In this document: piece by piece, positions 18,977 to 27,364 of the stretch | Numbering within the stretch: the first letter of the stretch is position 1 | How the letters are laid out: each line of letters begins with the position of its first letter | Assembly (NCBI GenBank): GCA_965223415.1 | Contig: OZ245002.1 | Coordinates: forward strand, 704,001-768,000 | Direction: 5' to 3' | DNA from: Myxococcota bacterium | Lineage (GTDB): Bacteria; Myxococcota_A; UBA9160; UBA6930 | DNA length: 64,000 nt | Notes under the pieces: generated by a model | What the model was told of the DNA's origin: nothing | What the model saw: the letters and a program-made list of their open reading frames with translations, nothing else | Database searches by the model: none | Translations under genes and position numbers: made by a program

Positions 18977-20535
18977 AGGGCCGCGGGCCGACGTTCCGCC
19001 AGCTGCTGCTGGCCGTGAACGTGCTAGCCGCGGCCGTCCCGATCCTGGCGATCGTCGGGCTCAAGCTGATCGACAGCTACCTGATCCGTCAGACCGAGCG
19101 ACGGCTGATCGCGGAGTCGGTGCTGATCGGCGAGACCTGGCGCGCCTTCCGGGCCGACGAGGCCGACGACAGAGACGGCGAAATGCCGGAGGTGCGGCCG
19201 CTGGCCCGACGCGGCGATCGTTATGCGCCCATCGATCCCCAGCTCGACCTGCGGCACGGGGTGCTGCCGCCGCCGCCGGAGCCGGCCCGCGAGCGGCCCC
19301 GGACGGATCCGGCACTCCGCCGCGCCGGAGAGCGGCTCGGCGCCGTGCTGCGGCGGGCGCAGGTGTTCAATCTCTCCGGCGTGCGCGTGCTCGATGCCGA
19401 GGGCTGCGTCGTCGCGAGCACCCGGGGCGAGATCGGCGCCTGCTTCGACCACCTGCCGGAAGTGCAGCGCGCCCTCGGCGGGAGCTACAGCGCCGCCGCC
19501 CGTCAACGGATCAGCGACGAGCCGGCGCCCTCCCTCGACAGCCCGGCCCGCCGGCGCGGACAGGTCCGCGTCTTCACCCACACCCCGGTGCTCGCCGACG
19601 GGGAGGTCATCGGCGTGGTGCGGATGTCGCGCACGGCCATGTCACCGGAGAAGCTGCTGTGGGACGACCGCAACCGCATCCTGCAGGTGCTGCTCGCCTG
19701 CCTGTTGGTGATTCCGGCGGTGAGCCTGCTGCTCTCCTACGCCCTCTCGCGGCCCCTCGCCGCGATCACGCGCCGCGCCGAGGCGATCGCCCGGGGCGAG
19801 CCGGGCGAGCCGGTCGACCCGGGCCTGCTGGCGCCGCGGGAGGTCCACAGCCTGACCGGTGCCCTCGAGCGGATGACGCGCCAGCTCACCGAGCGCGCTG
19901 AGTACGTGCGCGAGTTCGCGAACCACGTGAGCCACGAGCTCAAGACGCCGATTGCGGGCATCGGGGGCGCGGCCGAGCTGCTTCGCGACCGCTGGGAGGA
20001 GATGGACAAGGCTCGCCGGGAGCGCTTCCTGGCCAACATCTCCGACGACGCCGGGCGGATGGAGGCGCGGGTGAACGGCCTGCTGCAGCTGGCCCGGGTG
20101 GAGAACGCCGGCGCCCTGCCGGAGGAGAGCGTCGCCCTCGAGCCGCTGCTGCGCGAGCTCACGGCCCGCTTCGACGGGGAGATCCGCCTCGACGTGCGCA
20201 CGGCCCCGGCCGCCGTCCGCATCCCGCGCCTGCACCTGGAGAGCGCCCTGGGCAACCTGCTCGAGAACGCCGTGCGCCACGGCGGCGGCGCTCCCATCGA
20301 CCTGGAGGCGACGAGCCGCCCCGCCGGCGGGGTGACGTTCCGGGTCCGCGATTGCGGCCCCGGCATCCGCCCCGCCAACCAGCCCCGCCTCTTCGACCCG
20401 TTCTTCACCACCGAGCGCGAACGCGGCGGCACCGGCCTGGGCCTCGCCATCGTGAAGGCCATCGCCAACGCCCACGGTGGCCAGGTCCGGGTCGAGACCG
20501 GCCCCGAAGGCACCACCTTCCAGCTCTCGCTCTAG
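18973..20535 (+). CDS. CreC-like sensor histidine kinase (TM-periplasmic-TM-HAMP-HisKA-HATPase)
   Basis: VSHELKTP H-box, NLLENAVRH, DCGPGI, FDPFFTT, GGTGLGL; GTGA overlap with the regulator. Confidence 0.93.
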   Translation: MKGRGPTFRQLLLAVNVLAAAVPILAIVGLKLIDSYLIRQTERRLIAESVLIGETWRAFRADEADDRDGEMPEVRPLARRGDRYAPIDPQLDLRHGVLPPPPEPARERPRTDPALRRAGERLGAVLRRAQVFNLSGVRVLDAEGCVVASTRGEIGACFDHLPEVQRALGGSYSAAARQRISDEPAPSLDSPARRRGQVRVFTHTPVLADGEVIGVVRMSRTAMSPEKLLWDDRNRILQVLLACLLVIPAVSLLLSYALSRPLAAITRRAEAIARGEPGEPVDPGLLAPREVHSLTGALERMTRQLTERAEYVREFANHVSHELKTPIAGIGGAAELLRDRWEEMDKARRERFLANISDDAGRMEARVNGLLQLARVENAGALPEESVALEPLLRELTARFDGEIRLDVRTAPAAVRIPRLHLESALGNLLENAVRHGGGAPIDLEATSRPAGGVTFRVRDCGPGIRPANQPRLFDPFFTTERERGGTGLGLAIVKAIANAHGGQVRVETGPEGTTFQLSL

Positions 20536-20538
20536 GAA

Positions 20539-20633
20539 AAACGCAAGAGCGGGGACGTTCCTTGCAAGTTGCACTTTCCGCAGGGCGCCCCCCAAGAACG
20601 CAAGATGCAAGGAACGTCCCCGCTCTTGCGTTT
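20539..20633. repeat. REPIN-like palindromic element, variant B
   Basis: 28-bp perfect inverted arms AAACGCAAGAGCGGGGACGTTCCTTGCA / TGCAAGGAACGTCCCCGCTCTTGCGTTT; same GGGGACGTTCC core as copy A1; between convergent genes. Confidence 0.85.
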
Positions 20634-20638
20634 CTGGG

Positions 20639-21508
20639 TCAGGTGGCGGACTCGATGCTGGCGTAGGCGGTCTGGAACTCGTCGACGGCGGCGGCGATGA
20701 CCTGGGCCAGGGCGTCGGTATCGAGGCCCACGGCGGCCATCGACTCGGGCGTGACGCGGTGGAGGCCGGCGTCGGCGGAGGGGGCGCCGCCGGTCAGGGC
20801 CGCGAGGCCGTCGGCGACGTGGACGATGCGCACCAGGTTCCCGAACTCGGACTTGGCGCTTTCGGGCGCGTGATGGTGCTCGATCGCCGCCGTGAGCGCG
20901 GGGCTCAGGCTGAACTGCTCGGCGACCCGCACACCGGCCTGGCAGTGGTCGATGCCCAGCATCTCGCGCTCGGCGGCGAGCCAGTCGCTGGTGCTGCCGT
21001 CGGCCACCCGCGCCATCAGCGTCGCCACCCGGCCCTCGAGGTGAGGCGCCAGGACCGCCTTGCCCAGGTCGCGCAGCAGGGCGGCGGTGTACGCCAGGGA
21101 GAGGGAGACACCGAGTGCCGCGGCTCCCTGAGCGATCATGCGCGCCGCGATCGCCGCCTGCAGCCCGCTGGCCCACAGCCCGGTCGGTCCGGTGAGATAG
21201 CCGTCCAGGCTCGACTTCATCCAGCCCTCGGTCCCTTGGAGCAGGGCTGCGGAGACGACCGTGCGCTCGCCCAGGTAGGAGACTGCGTGGTCGAGCTGCT
21301 CGATCGCGCTGGGCGGAGAGAGCGCCGACGAGTTGGCCACCCGCAGCACCCGTGCCGTCAGCGGACCGTCCTTCTCGACCACCGCGACCACGTCGGGCAT
21401 CCCGTGGTCCGGATCCTCCAACAGGTCGAGCAGCTTCTGGGCCGACTCGGAGAGGGGAGCCAGCTCCCGGACCCGTTGCTGCAGCTCGCGTTCGCTGATG
21501 GCCGCCAC
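20639..21508 (-). CDS. HDOD domain protein
   Basis: DGPLTARVLRVANSS, AVSYLG, AYTAALLRDLGK, EREMLGIDHCQAG, AIEHHH; GTG 21508 with GGAGG SD. Confidence 0.9.
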   Translation of the reverse strand: MAAISERELQQRVRELAPLSESAQKLLDLLEDPDHGMPDVVAVVEKDGPLTARVLRVANSSALSPPSAIEQLDHAVSYLGERTVVSAALLQGTEGWMKSSLDGYLTGPTGLWASGLQAAIAARMIAQGAAALGVSLSLAYTAALLRDLGKAVLAPHLEGRVATLMARVADGSTSDWLAAEREMLGIDHCQAGVRVAEQFSLSPALTAAIEHHHAPESAKSEFGNLVRIVHVADGLAALTGGAPSADAGLHRVTPESMAAVGLDTDALAQVIAAAVDEFQTAYASIESAT

Positions 21509-21618
21509 GGGCGCCTCCCCTCCCTGAAACATCGGCGAGCGGGAGAATCCATGGACCGGGCATCCCTGGAGGGGACCCACCCCGCGAAGGCCGGACGCGG
21601 CGCTGGTAGAATGACCCC

Positions 21619-23061
21619 ATGAGGTCGGGCTTCCTGCGGTGGATCCTGCTGGCCCTGCTCCCCGCCTGCGCCGGCGACGCGCCGGCGCAGGGCCCGGAGC
21701 CGGCGGTCCTGCTCCAATGGTCCCGGAACGGAGACGACGCCTTCGCCCTGCGCCTGGGCAGCCGAACGATCGGCGAGCTCCGCCCCACCGCGGACGGCTT
21801 CTCCGTCACGGGGCCGTCGGTCTCCGCGGTGCTGCGACGCGAAGAAGAGCCCCTCACCGCGACCCACCCCTACCCCCGACGCGTGCGCATCGAGGGCCAC
21901 CTGGACGGGGCGCCCGGCTACCGGGATGCCTTCACCCTGCTGGCCCCCCCGGCGCCCCTTCCGGTCGAAGGCTACGGCCTGGAGGTCGGGGACGACGCAC
22001 CGGGCACCAACACGCGGGAGCACGAGGCCCTACGGCGCTGGCTCGCCGCCCAGGGCCTGCCCGCCGATACCGCGCCCTTCCAGGCGCTCCACCAACGCGA
22101 GACGGGCCGCGAGCTCCGGGTCTTCTACGAGATCTCCGGCCGCCGCACCGACGGCGTCTTCGAGCGGATCGGCGCCGACGCCCCGGCGGCCCGGGTGGAC
22201 TCACTCTTCCGCAGCGAGGACGGCCGCCTCAAGATCCACCACCAGCGTCCGGGCGAGAACGGGCGCTTCACCTACCACCGGCAGAGCCTCGAGCTGGCCG
22301 ACGCGATCACGACCGAGGGCGAACCCGACGTGCTCCTCGCCCACCAGTGCGGCTGCTACGGCTACGCCATCGCCGCGGACTTCATGACGCTCGGCGACGT
22401 GCTCTACCAGGTCGAAGCGGACTGGCTCGACGACCGGGTGGGCGCCGAGTTCTTCGTGGGCTTCGAGGCACGCGAGCGCTTCCCGTGGATCGGCCTCGGC
22501 GATCGCCTGCGCATGCGCAACCTCGCCCGGCGCGCCCGGGCCTTCCGCCTGCGGGACGCCGCAGGCGTGCCCTTCGCCGAGGTCACGCTGAGCCTGCCCG
22601 ACGATCCCCCGGCCGGCGGCCTCGGCCCCATCGCCTATCACGTCGAACGCTGGGACGCGGCCGGCGAGCGCCGCACCCTGGCCCGCATCGAGCACCGCGA
22701 CGAGGGCATCCGCCTGGCTCTGCGCGGCTCCGAGGAGCGATTCGAGGCGTCCCTCGACGAGCTCGACCTCCTGCTCGCCGCCATGCCGGTCCAGGTGATG
22801 CGCGGCGACGGCATCCGCGACAGCCACCTTCAGGCCGTCGAACGCCTGGTCGACGCGGTGCGCCTCCTCCAGCGTCCGGGTCCGGAGCGCCTGGCCGACC
22901 TGGTGAGCGACGTGGACGCGGCCGGCGCGGCGCGCAAGGTGCGGGCCCTGCTCGCCCCCGAGGCCGCCCGCTTCCAGGCCGCAGCGGGGGGTTTCCCGCC
23001 GGTGCCGATCCCGGGCCCGGCGTCCCGACAGGTCGGCGCTGGCCGCGGAGGCTCGGGTTGA
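21619..23061 (+). CDS. Hypothetical lipoprotein
   Basis: MRSGFLRWILLALLPAC lipobox; coding-like composition; TAGAAT 6 nt upstream of ATG. Confidence 0.7.
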   Translation: MRSGFLRWILLALLPACAGDAPAQGPEPAVLLQWSRNGDDAFALRLGSRTIGELRPTADGFSVTGPSVSAVLRREEEPLTATHPYPRRVRIEGHLDGAPGYRDAFTLLAPPAPLPVEGYGLEVGDDAPGTNTREHEALRRWLAAQGLPADTAPFQALHQRETGRELRVFYEISGRRTDGVFERIGADAPAARVDSLFRSEDGRLKIHHQRPGENGRFTYHRQSLELADAITTEGEPDVLLAHQCGCYGYAIAADFMTLGDVLYQVEADWLDDRVGAEFFVGFEARERFPWIGLGDRLRMRNLARRARAFRLRDAAGVPFAEVTLSLPDDPPAGGLGPIAYHVERWDAAGERRTLARIEHRDEGIRLALRGSEERFEASLDELDLLLAAMPVQVMRGDGIRDSHLQAVERLVDAVRLLQRPGPERLADLVSDVDAAGAARKVRALLAPEAARFQAAAGGFPPVPIPGPASRQVGAGRGGSG

Positions 23062-23129
23062 CGGCGCCACGCGTCCGGCGCCCGGCCTTCGCGGCGAGGA
23101 GCTCCGGCTCGGGCCCGTGCCAGCCTGCC

Positions 23130-23224
23130 TGCAGCTTCCACGCTGCACTCGGCACAGCCAGTCTGCGGCACCAAGGCCCGTCAGGCCCGCGCTGATGCGC
23201 ACGAGGCGGGGCACGAACCTTGCT
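23130..23224 (+). promoter_or_regulatory. Sigma54 promoter (GGCAC-N5-TTGCT, 23210-23224) with palindromic upstream site TGCAG-N8-CTGCA (23130-23147)
   Basis: Match to the -24/-12 consensus; same architecture upstream of the paralog at 35154. Confidence 0.75.
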
Positions 23225-23237
23225 TAGGCTTCCGCTC

Positions 23238-24392
23238 ATGGAATGGATCACCCCGAAAGCCCTGGTCGGTCTCGCCGGCGTCGTCCTCGTCGCCCTGTCG
23301 AGCCTCACGGGCACGCGAGAGATCGACGACCGGGTGGCCGTGCTGGAAGGCGGGCGGGTCGAGATCGATGTCGAGCTGGAGGGCGGGCTGGGCTCGGAGC
23401 ATGGCTCGCTCCACATCCGTTCCCACGAGGAGGCCGAGGTCCACGTACGCGCCGCCGCGACCGGATGGGGTCGGTGGGCCGTCGACGTCGACCTGGACCG
23501 GCAGCCGGACGGAGCGAAGCTGGTCGGGCGGGTGAACGGCGTGCTGCTCTGGCTGTTCGGGGGCCCGTCCGCGGAGGTGACGGTCTCGGTGCCGCACGGG
23601 GTCGTGATCGACGCCCGGATGACGGGCGGCCCCGTGGTGCTGGAGGACCTCGCCGGACCGGTGACGGCCGAGGTCGACGCCGCCGACGTAGAACTGCGGC
23701 GTGTGCAGGGCCCGGTGCGCCTCGCGCTCCGGGACGGCCGCATCGAGATCGAGGACGTCGAAGGCGACCTCGAGGTCCACAGCCAGAACGGCGACGTGGA
23801 AGTCGACGGCGTTCGGGGGACGCTGGCGGTGCAGGCCGACCACGGCTCGGTAGCCATCGACGCGATCACGGGGTCCGTCGTCGTCGCCACGGGTGGCGGG
23901 CGGCTCCACGGCCACGTCGAGATCGAATCCGTCCGCGGGGACGTCTCGGTCGAGGGCGGCCGCGGGCCCGTAGCCCTGGAGGACATCCGCGGCGACGTCC
24001 GTGTGGTGACGGAGCGGGGCCGCATCGAGGCCGAGGAGGTCGAAGGCTCCGTCGTCGTCCGGAGTGGTCGCGGTGGCATCGAGCTGGAGGAAATCGAGGG
24101 GAGGGTCGACGCGGAGACGGGGAGCGGCCCGATCGACGTGGAGTTCCTCTCGGCGCCGGAGGGCGAGCTGCGAACCGGCCGCGGCGAGATCACCGTCCAG
24201 GTGCCCGAGCAGACCGGTTTCGCCCTCTCGGCCGGAACCGCCCGCGGAGACATCCTCGTCTTCGACCACGACGAGGATACCCGGCGCAGGGGCCGTCGCG
24301 GACGTAGCGCGGAGCTCGTGCGCGTGATCCGCGGGGGAGGACCGACCCTCGAGCTCCGGACCGAGCGCGGGTCGATCCGCATCGGCGACTAG
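23238..24392 (+). CDS. DUF4097 (Toastrack/adhesin-like) beta-solenoid repeat protein
   Basis: N-terminal hydrophobic segment; ~19-aa repeats of type GxIxxExVxGxVxxxTxx; ends LELRTERGSIRI. Confidence 0.85.
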   Translation: MEWITPKALVGLAGVVLVALSSLTGTREIDDRVAVLEGGRVEIDVELEGGLGSEHGSLHIRSHEEAEVHVRAAATGWGRWAVDVDLDRQPDGAKLVGRVNGVLLWLFGGPSAEVTVSVPHGVVIDARMTGGPVVLEDLAGPVTAEVDAADVELRRVQGPVRLALRDGRIEIEDVEGDLEVHSQNGDVEVDGVRGTLAVQADHGSVAIDAITGSVVVATGGGRLHGHVEIESVRGDVSVEGGRGPVALEDIRGDVRVVTERGRIEAEEVEGSVVVRSGRGGIELEEIEGRVDAETGSGPIDVEFLSAPEGELRTGRGEITVQVPEQTGFALSAGTARGDILVFDHDEDTRRRGRRGRSAELVRVIRGGGPTLELRTERGSIRIGD

Positions 24393-24420
24393 ACCTCCGC
24401 GCCCGCTACCCTCGGCACCC

Positions 24421-25425
24421 ATGGCACGCGTCGTCCTCGCGGTCCACGGCGGAGCCGGCGGCCTCCGGCGGGAGCGCCTGGCGGAGGACGACGATCGCGC
24501 CATGCGCGAGGCGGTGCGGGTGGCCCTCGCCGAAGGCGGCGCACTCCTCGACGCGGGCGGCTCGGCCCTCGACGCGGTCGAAGCTGCCGTCGTCGCCCTG
24601 GAGCGCGCGCCGATCCTGAACGCCGGCGTGGGCTCGGTGCTCACCCGCGACGGCGGGGTCGAGATGGACGCCGCCTTGATGGACGGGGCCACGGGCCGCG
24701 CGGGCGCGGTGGCCTGCGTGACTCGCGTGGCCCACCCGATCTCCCTGGCCCGCGCCGTGCTCGAGGACGGCGCCCACGTGCTACTGGCCGGCGAGGGCGC
24801 CCTGGCCTTCGCGGAAGAGCGCGGCATCGCCGGGCTCGCCCCGGAGGCACTCGTCACCGACACGCGGCAGAGGCAGCTGGCCCGGGCGAAGGCAAAGGCC
24901 CGGGTCTCCCTCGACCACGACGAGGTCTCCGCCAGCCGCGAAGGTCGCGGCGACGACGACGACGCGGCCCGCGAGGGTGGTGGCGACGACGACGACGCGG
25001 CTCGCGAGGGTGGCGGTACCGTCGGCGCCGTGGCCCGCGACGCCGCCGGACACCTGGCCGCCGCCACGTCGACCGGCGGCATGACGAACCAGCTGCCCGG
25101 CCGGGTGGGTGACAGCCCGGTGATCGGTGCCGGCACCTGGGCCCGGGACGCGTCCTGCGCCGTGTCCGCCACCGGACACGGCGAGGCCTACCTGCGGACC
25201 GCCTTCGCCCACGAGATCGACGCCGCGATGCGGCTCGCGGGCTGCGATCTCGAGCGCGCCTGCGCCCGCGCCCTGGCTCGCGTCGCCGCCGCCGGCGGGA
25301 GCGGAGGCTGCATCGCCGTGGACGCGGAAGGACGTCTCGCCCTGCCCTTCGACACGCCGGGCATGATCCGCGGCTGGCGGGCCCCGGACGGACGCTCCCA
25401 CATCGCACTCTTCGCGAACGAGTAG
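24421..25425 (+). CDS. iaaA: Isoaspartyl peptidase/L-asparaginase (Ntn hydrolase)
   Basis: AVHGGAG, NAGVGSV, EMDAALMDG, GTVGAVA (nucleophile Thr), ATSTGG, GRVGDSP, SATGHGE. Confidence 0.93.
   Translation: MARVVLAVHGGAGGLRRERLAEDDDRAMREAVRVALAEGGALLDAGGSALDAVEAAVVALERAPILNAGVGSVLTRDGGVEMDAALMDGATGRAGAVACVTRVAHPISLARAVLEDGAHVLLAGEGALAFAEERGIAGLAPEALVTDTRQRQLARAKAKARVSLDHDEVSASREGRGDDDDAAREGGGDDDDAAREGGGTVGAVARDAAGHLAAATSTGGMTNQLPGRVGDSPVIGAGTWARDASCAVSATGHGEAYLRTAFAHEIDAAMRLAGCDLERACARALARVAAAGGSGGCIAVDAEGRLALPFDTPGMIRGWRAPDGRSHIALFANE
24937..25017 (+). repeat. 33-bp in-frame tandem repeat (about 2.5 copies) inside iaaA
   Basis: cgcgaaggtcgcggcgacgacgacgacgcggcc / cgcgagggtggtggcgacgacgacgacgcggct / cgcgagggtggcggt, encoding REG(R/G)GDDDDAA. 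Confidence 0.9.
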
Positions 25426-27300
25426 CTACGCCGGGCGCTCCGGCTCCTCCTCCGCGGCCTCCTCGTCGGCTTCGACGGGATTCCCCGCCGCGTCCAGCAG
25501 CTCGGTCGGTCCCGTGGCGAACACCACCGGGCCGGGGCGCTCGCGGCGCCACGGCTGGTCGGAAACCAGGCGCTGGGCCGCGCGCACACCGTCGGCCGCA
25601 GCGCCGGCGTCGGTGGTGCGGCCGGGCGGATCGGCGGGCGCGGTCGGCGGCTCGCCGGGGAAGAGATGCACCGTCTGGGTCGGGAAGGCGAACTGCACGC
25701 CGAGCTGGTCGGCCAGGCGGACGATGTCGAGGAAGAGGCGCTCGCGCTCGCGCAGCTCGGTGTTCCAGTCCGGCACCTCGAAGAACATGTAGAGCATCAC
25801 GTCGAGGCTCGAGGCCCCGAACTCGTTGCACCACACCTGGTAGTAGTCCTTGCGCGTGTAGGGATGGGTGCGGATCAGCTCGCGTACGCCCTCGGTGAAG
25901 GCCACCAGCTGCTGGGGCGACGTGTCGTACTGGAGGCCCAGGGTGGTCTTCCAGCGCCGGTAGCGGCGGCGTCCGTAGTTGTCGACGCGCGCCCGCACCA
26001 GGTTCGCGTTCGGCACGGTGATCTGGGAGTTGTAGAAGGTGCGCACGCGGGTCGAGCGGAAGCCCACCGCCTCCACGATGCCCTCGGAATCGTCGATGAC
26101 CACCCAGTCGCCGATGTCGAAGGGCCGGTCGAGGATCACGGCGATGGAGCCAAAGAAGTTCTCCACCGTGTCCTTCGCGGCGAAGGAGAAGCCCACGCCG
26201 GCGACGGTGAGCGAGGCCAGGAGTGGCGTGATCGGCAGGTCGAGGGCGTCGGCGGCGTAGATGATGCCCATCGTCGCCACGAAGATCTTGAGGGCGCGGC
26301 TGACCATCGGCACCAGGATGTCGTCGATCTTGCTCTCGGTGCGTTCGGCGCGGCTCCCCGCCACGCCCGCGACCAGATCGATCAGGCGCCAGGCGGAGAG
26401 GGTAGCCGTGAGCACGAGGAAGACCTGCAGCGCGCCTTCGAGGATCAGCTCGAGGGTGGTCGTCAGGTCGACGATGCGAACGGCGAACAGCCAGACCAGC
26501 GCCGCGACGAAGAGACCGATCGGTCGCAGGGTGAGGCGAAGCTGCTCGGGATCCTCCCTCCCACCAACCCGGGCCGAGAGCCGCTTCGAGACGACGCGCA
26601 GGAGGATGCGCACCAGCGCGTCCGCGACCAGTCCGAGCAGAATCACGAGGAAGAGGCCGATCCACTGCCAGGCCTTGACGCCGATCAAGGTCGTCTCGAT
26701 CAGGCGTTCCGGGATTCGCTGCTCCACCCAGTCGCCAAGGGTCAGCACATCGCTTCCGGCGACGAGCGGGAGATCGGAGAGCTGCTCCTCCAGCGCCGGG
26801 AGGCCCTGCACGGTCGCCGCGTCGAAGCGCCACAGGCCGGCGTCGTCCCGGCGCAGGACGATGCCGGCGGCCGGCGTGCCGATCCGCCGCAGCAGTGCGC
26901 CGTGGCGCGCGCGGTCCGGGAACCAGACCCACTTGCCGAGGCCCTTGGCTTCGACCGCGACGGCGTCCGGCAGCGCGCCCACGTCGACCTGCTCGATGCG
27001 GTTCAGCGCGGCGTAGAGCTGGCGCGCCAGGCTCCGACCGTCGGCCTCGGGCCGGAGATCCAGGTCGAGGCAGGAGATGGCCTCGTCCCAGGCGCCGGGC
27101 CGCTCCCACAGCTCGTTCATCGCAACGAGGAAGCTGTGCATCGTCGCCCGCGGACTGGCGAGCCGGGCGGCGCGGGCCCGCGCCCGCTCGTCGGCACGGG
27201 CCGCCGCCAGACCGTTCGCCCCGGCGCCTTCCTCCTGGGCGACGCCCGCCGCCGGGGCGAGCAACAGCAGAGCGGCCAGGACGAGGCGAAGGCATGCCAT
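25426..27300 (-). CDS. MscS family mechanosensitive channel with periplasmic N-terminal domain
   Basis: Signal peptide; FSFAAKDTVENFFGS, DRPFDIGDWV, EAVGFRSTRVRT, VPNANL, FGASSLD, FAFPTQT. Confidence 0.92.
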   Translation of the reverse strand: MACLRLVLAALLLLAPAAGVAQEEGAGANGLAAARADERARARAARLASPRATMHSFLVAMNELWERPGAWDEAISCLDLDLRPEADGRSLARQLYAALNRIEQVDVGALPDAVAVEAKGLGKWVWFPDRARHGALLRRIGTPAAGIVLRRDDAGLWRFDAATVQGLPALEEQLSDLPLVAGSDVLTLGDWVEQRIPERLIETTLIGVKAWQWIGLFLVILLGLVADALVRILLRVVSKRLSARVGGREDPEQLRLTLRPIGLFVAALVWLFAVRIVDLTTTLELILEGALQVFLVLTATLSAWRLIDLVAGVAGSRAERTESKIDDILVPMVSRALKIFVATMGIIYAADALDLPITPLLASLTVAGVGFSFAAKDTVENFFGSIAVILDRPFDIGDWVVIDDSEGIVEAVGFRSTRVRTFYNSQITVPNANLVRARVDNYGRRRYRRWKTTLGLQYDTSPQQLVAFTEGVRELIRTHPYTRKDYYQVWCNEFGASSLDVMLYMFFEVPDWNTELRERERLFLDIVRLADQLGVQFAFPTQTVHLFPGEPPTAPADPPGRTTDAGAAADGVRAAQRLVSDQPWRRERPGPVVFATGPTELLDAAGNPVEADEEAAEEEPERPA

Positions 27301-27364
27301 GGCGCGGAGGGTTCCAACTCCGCCGGGGGCCTGCAATCGGGGCGCGGGCTACCCTGCGCCGCCC

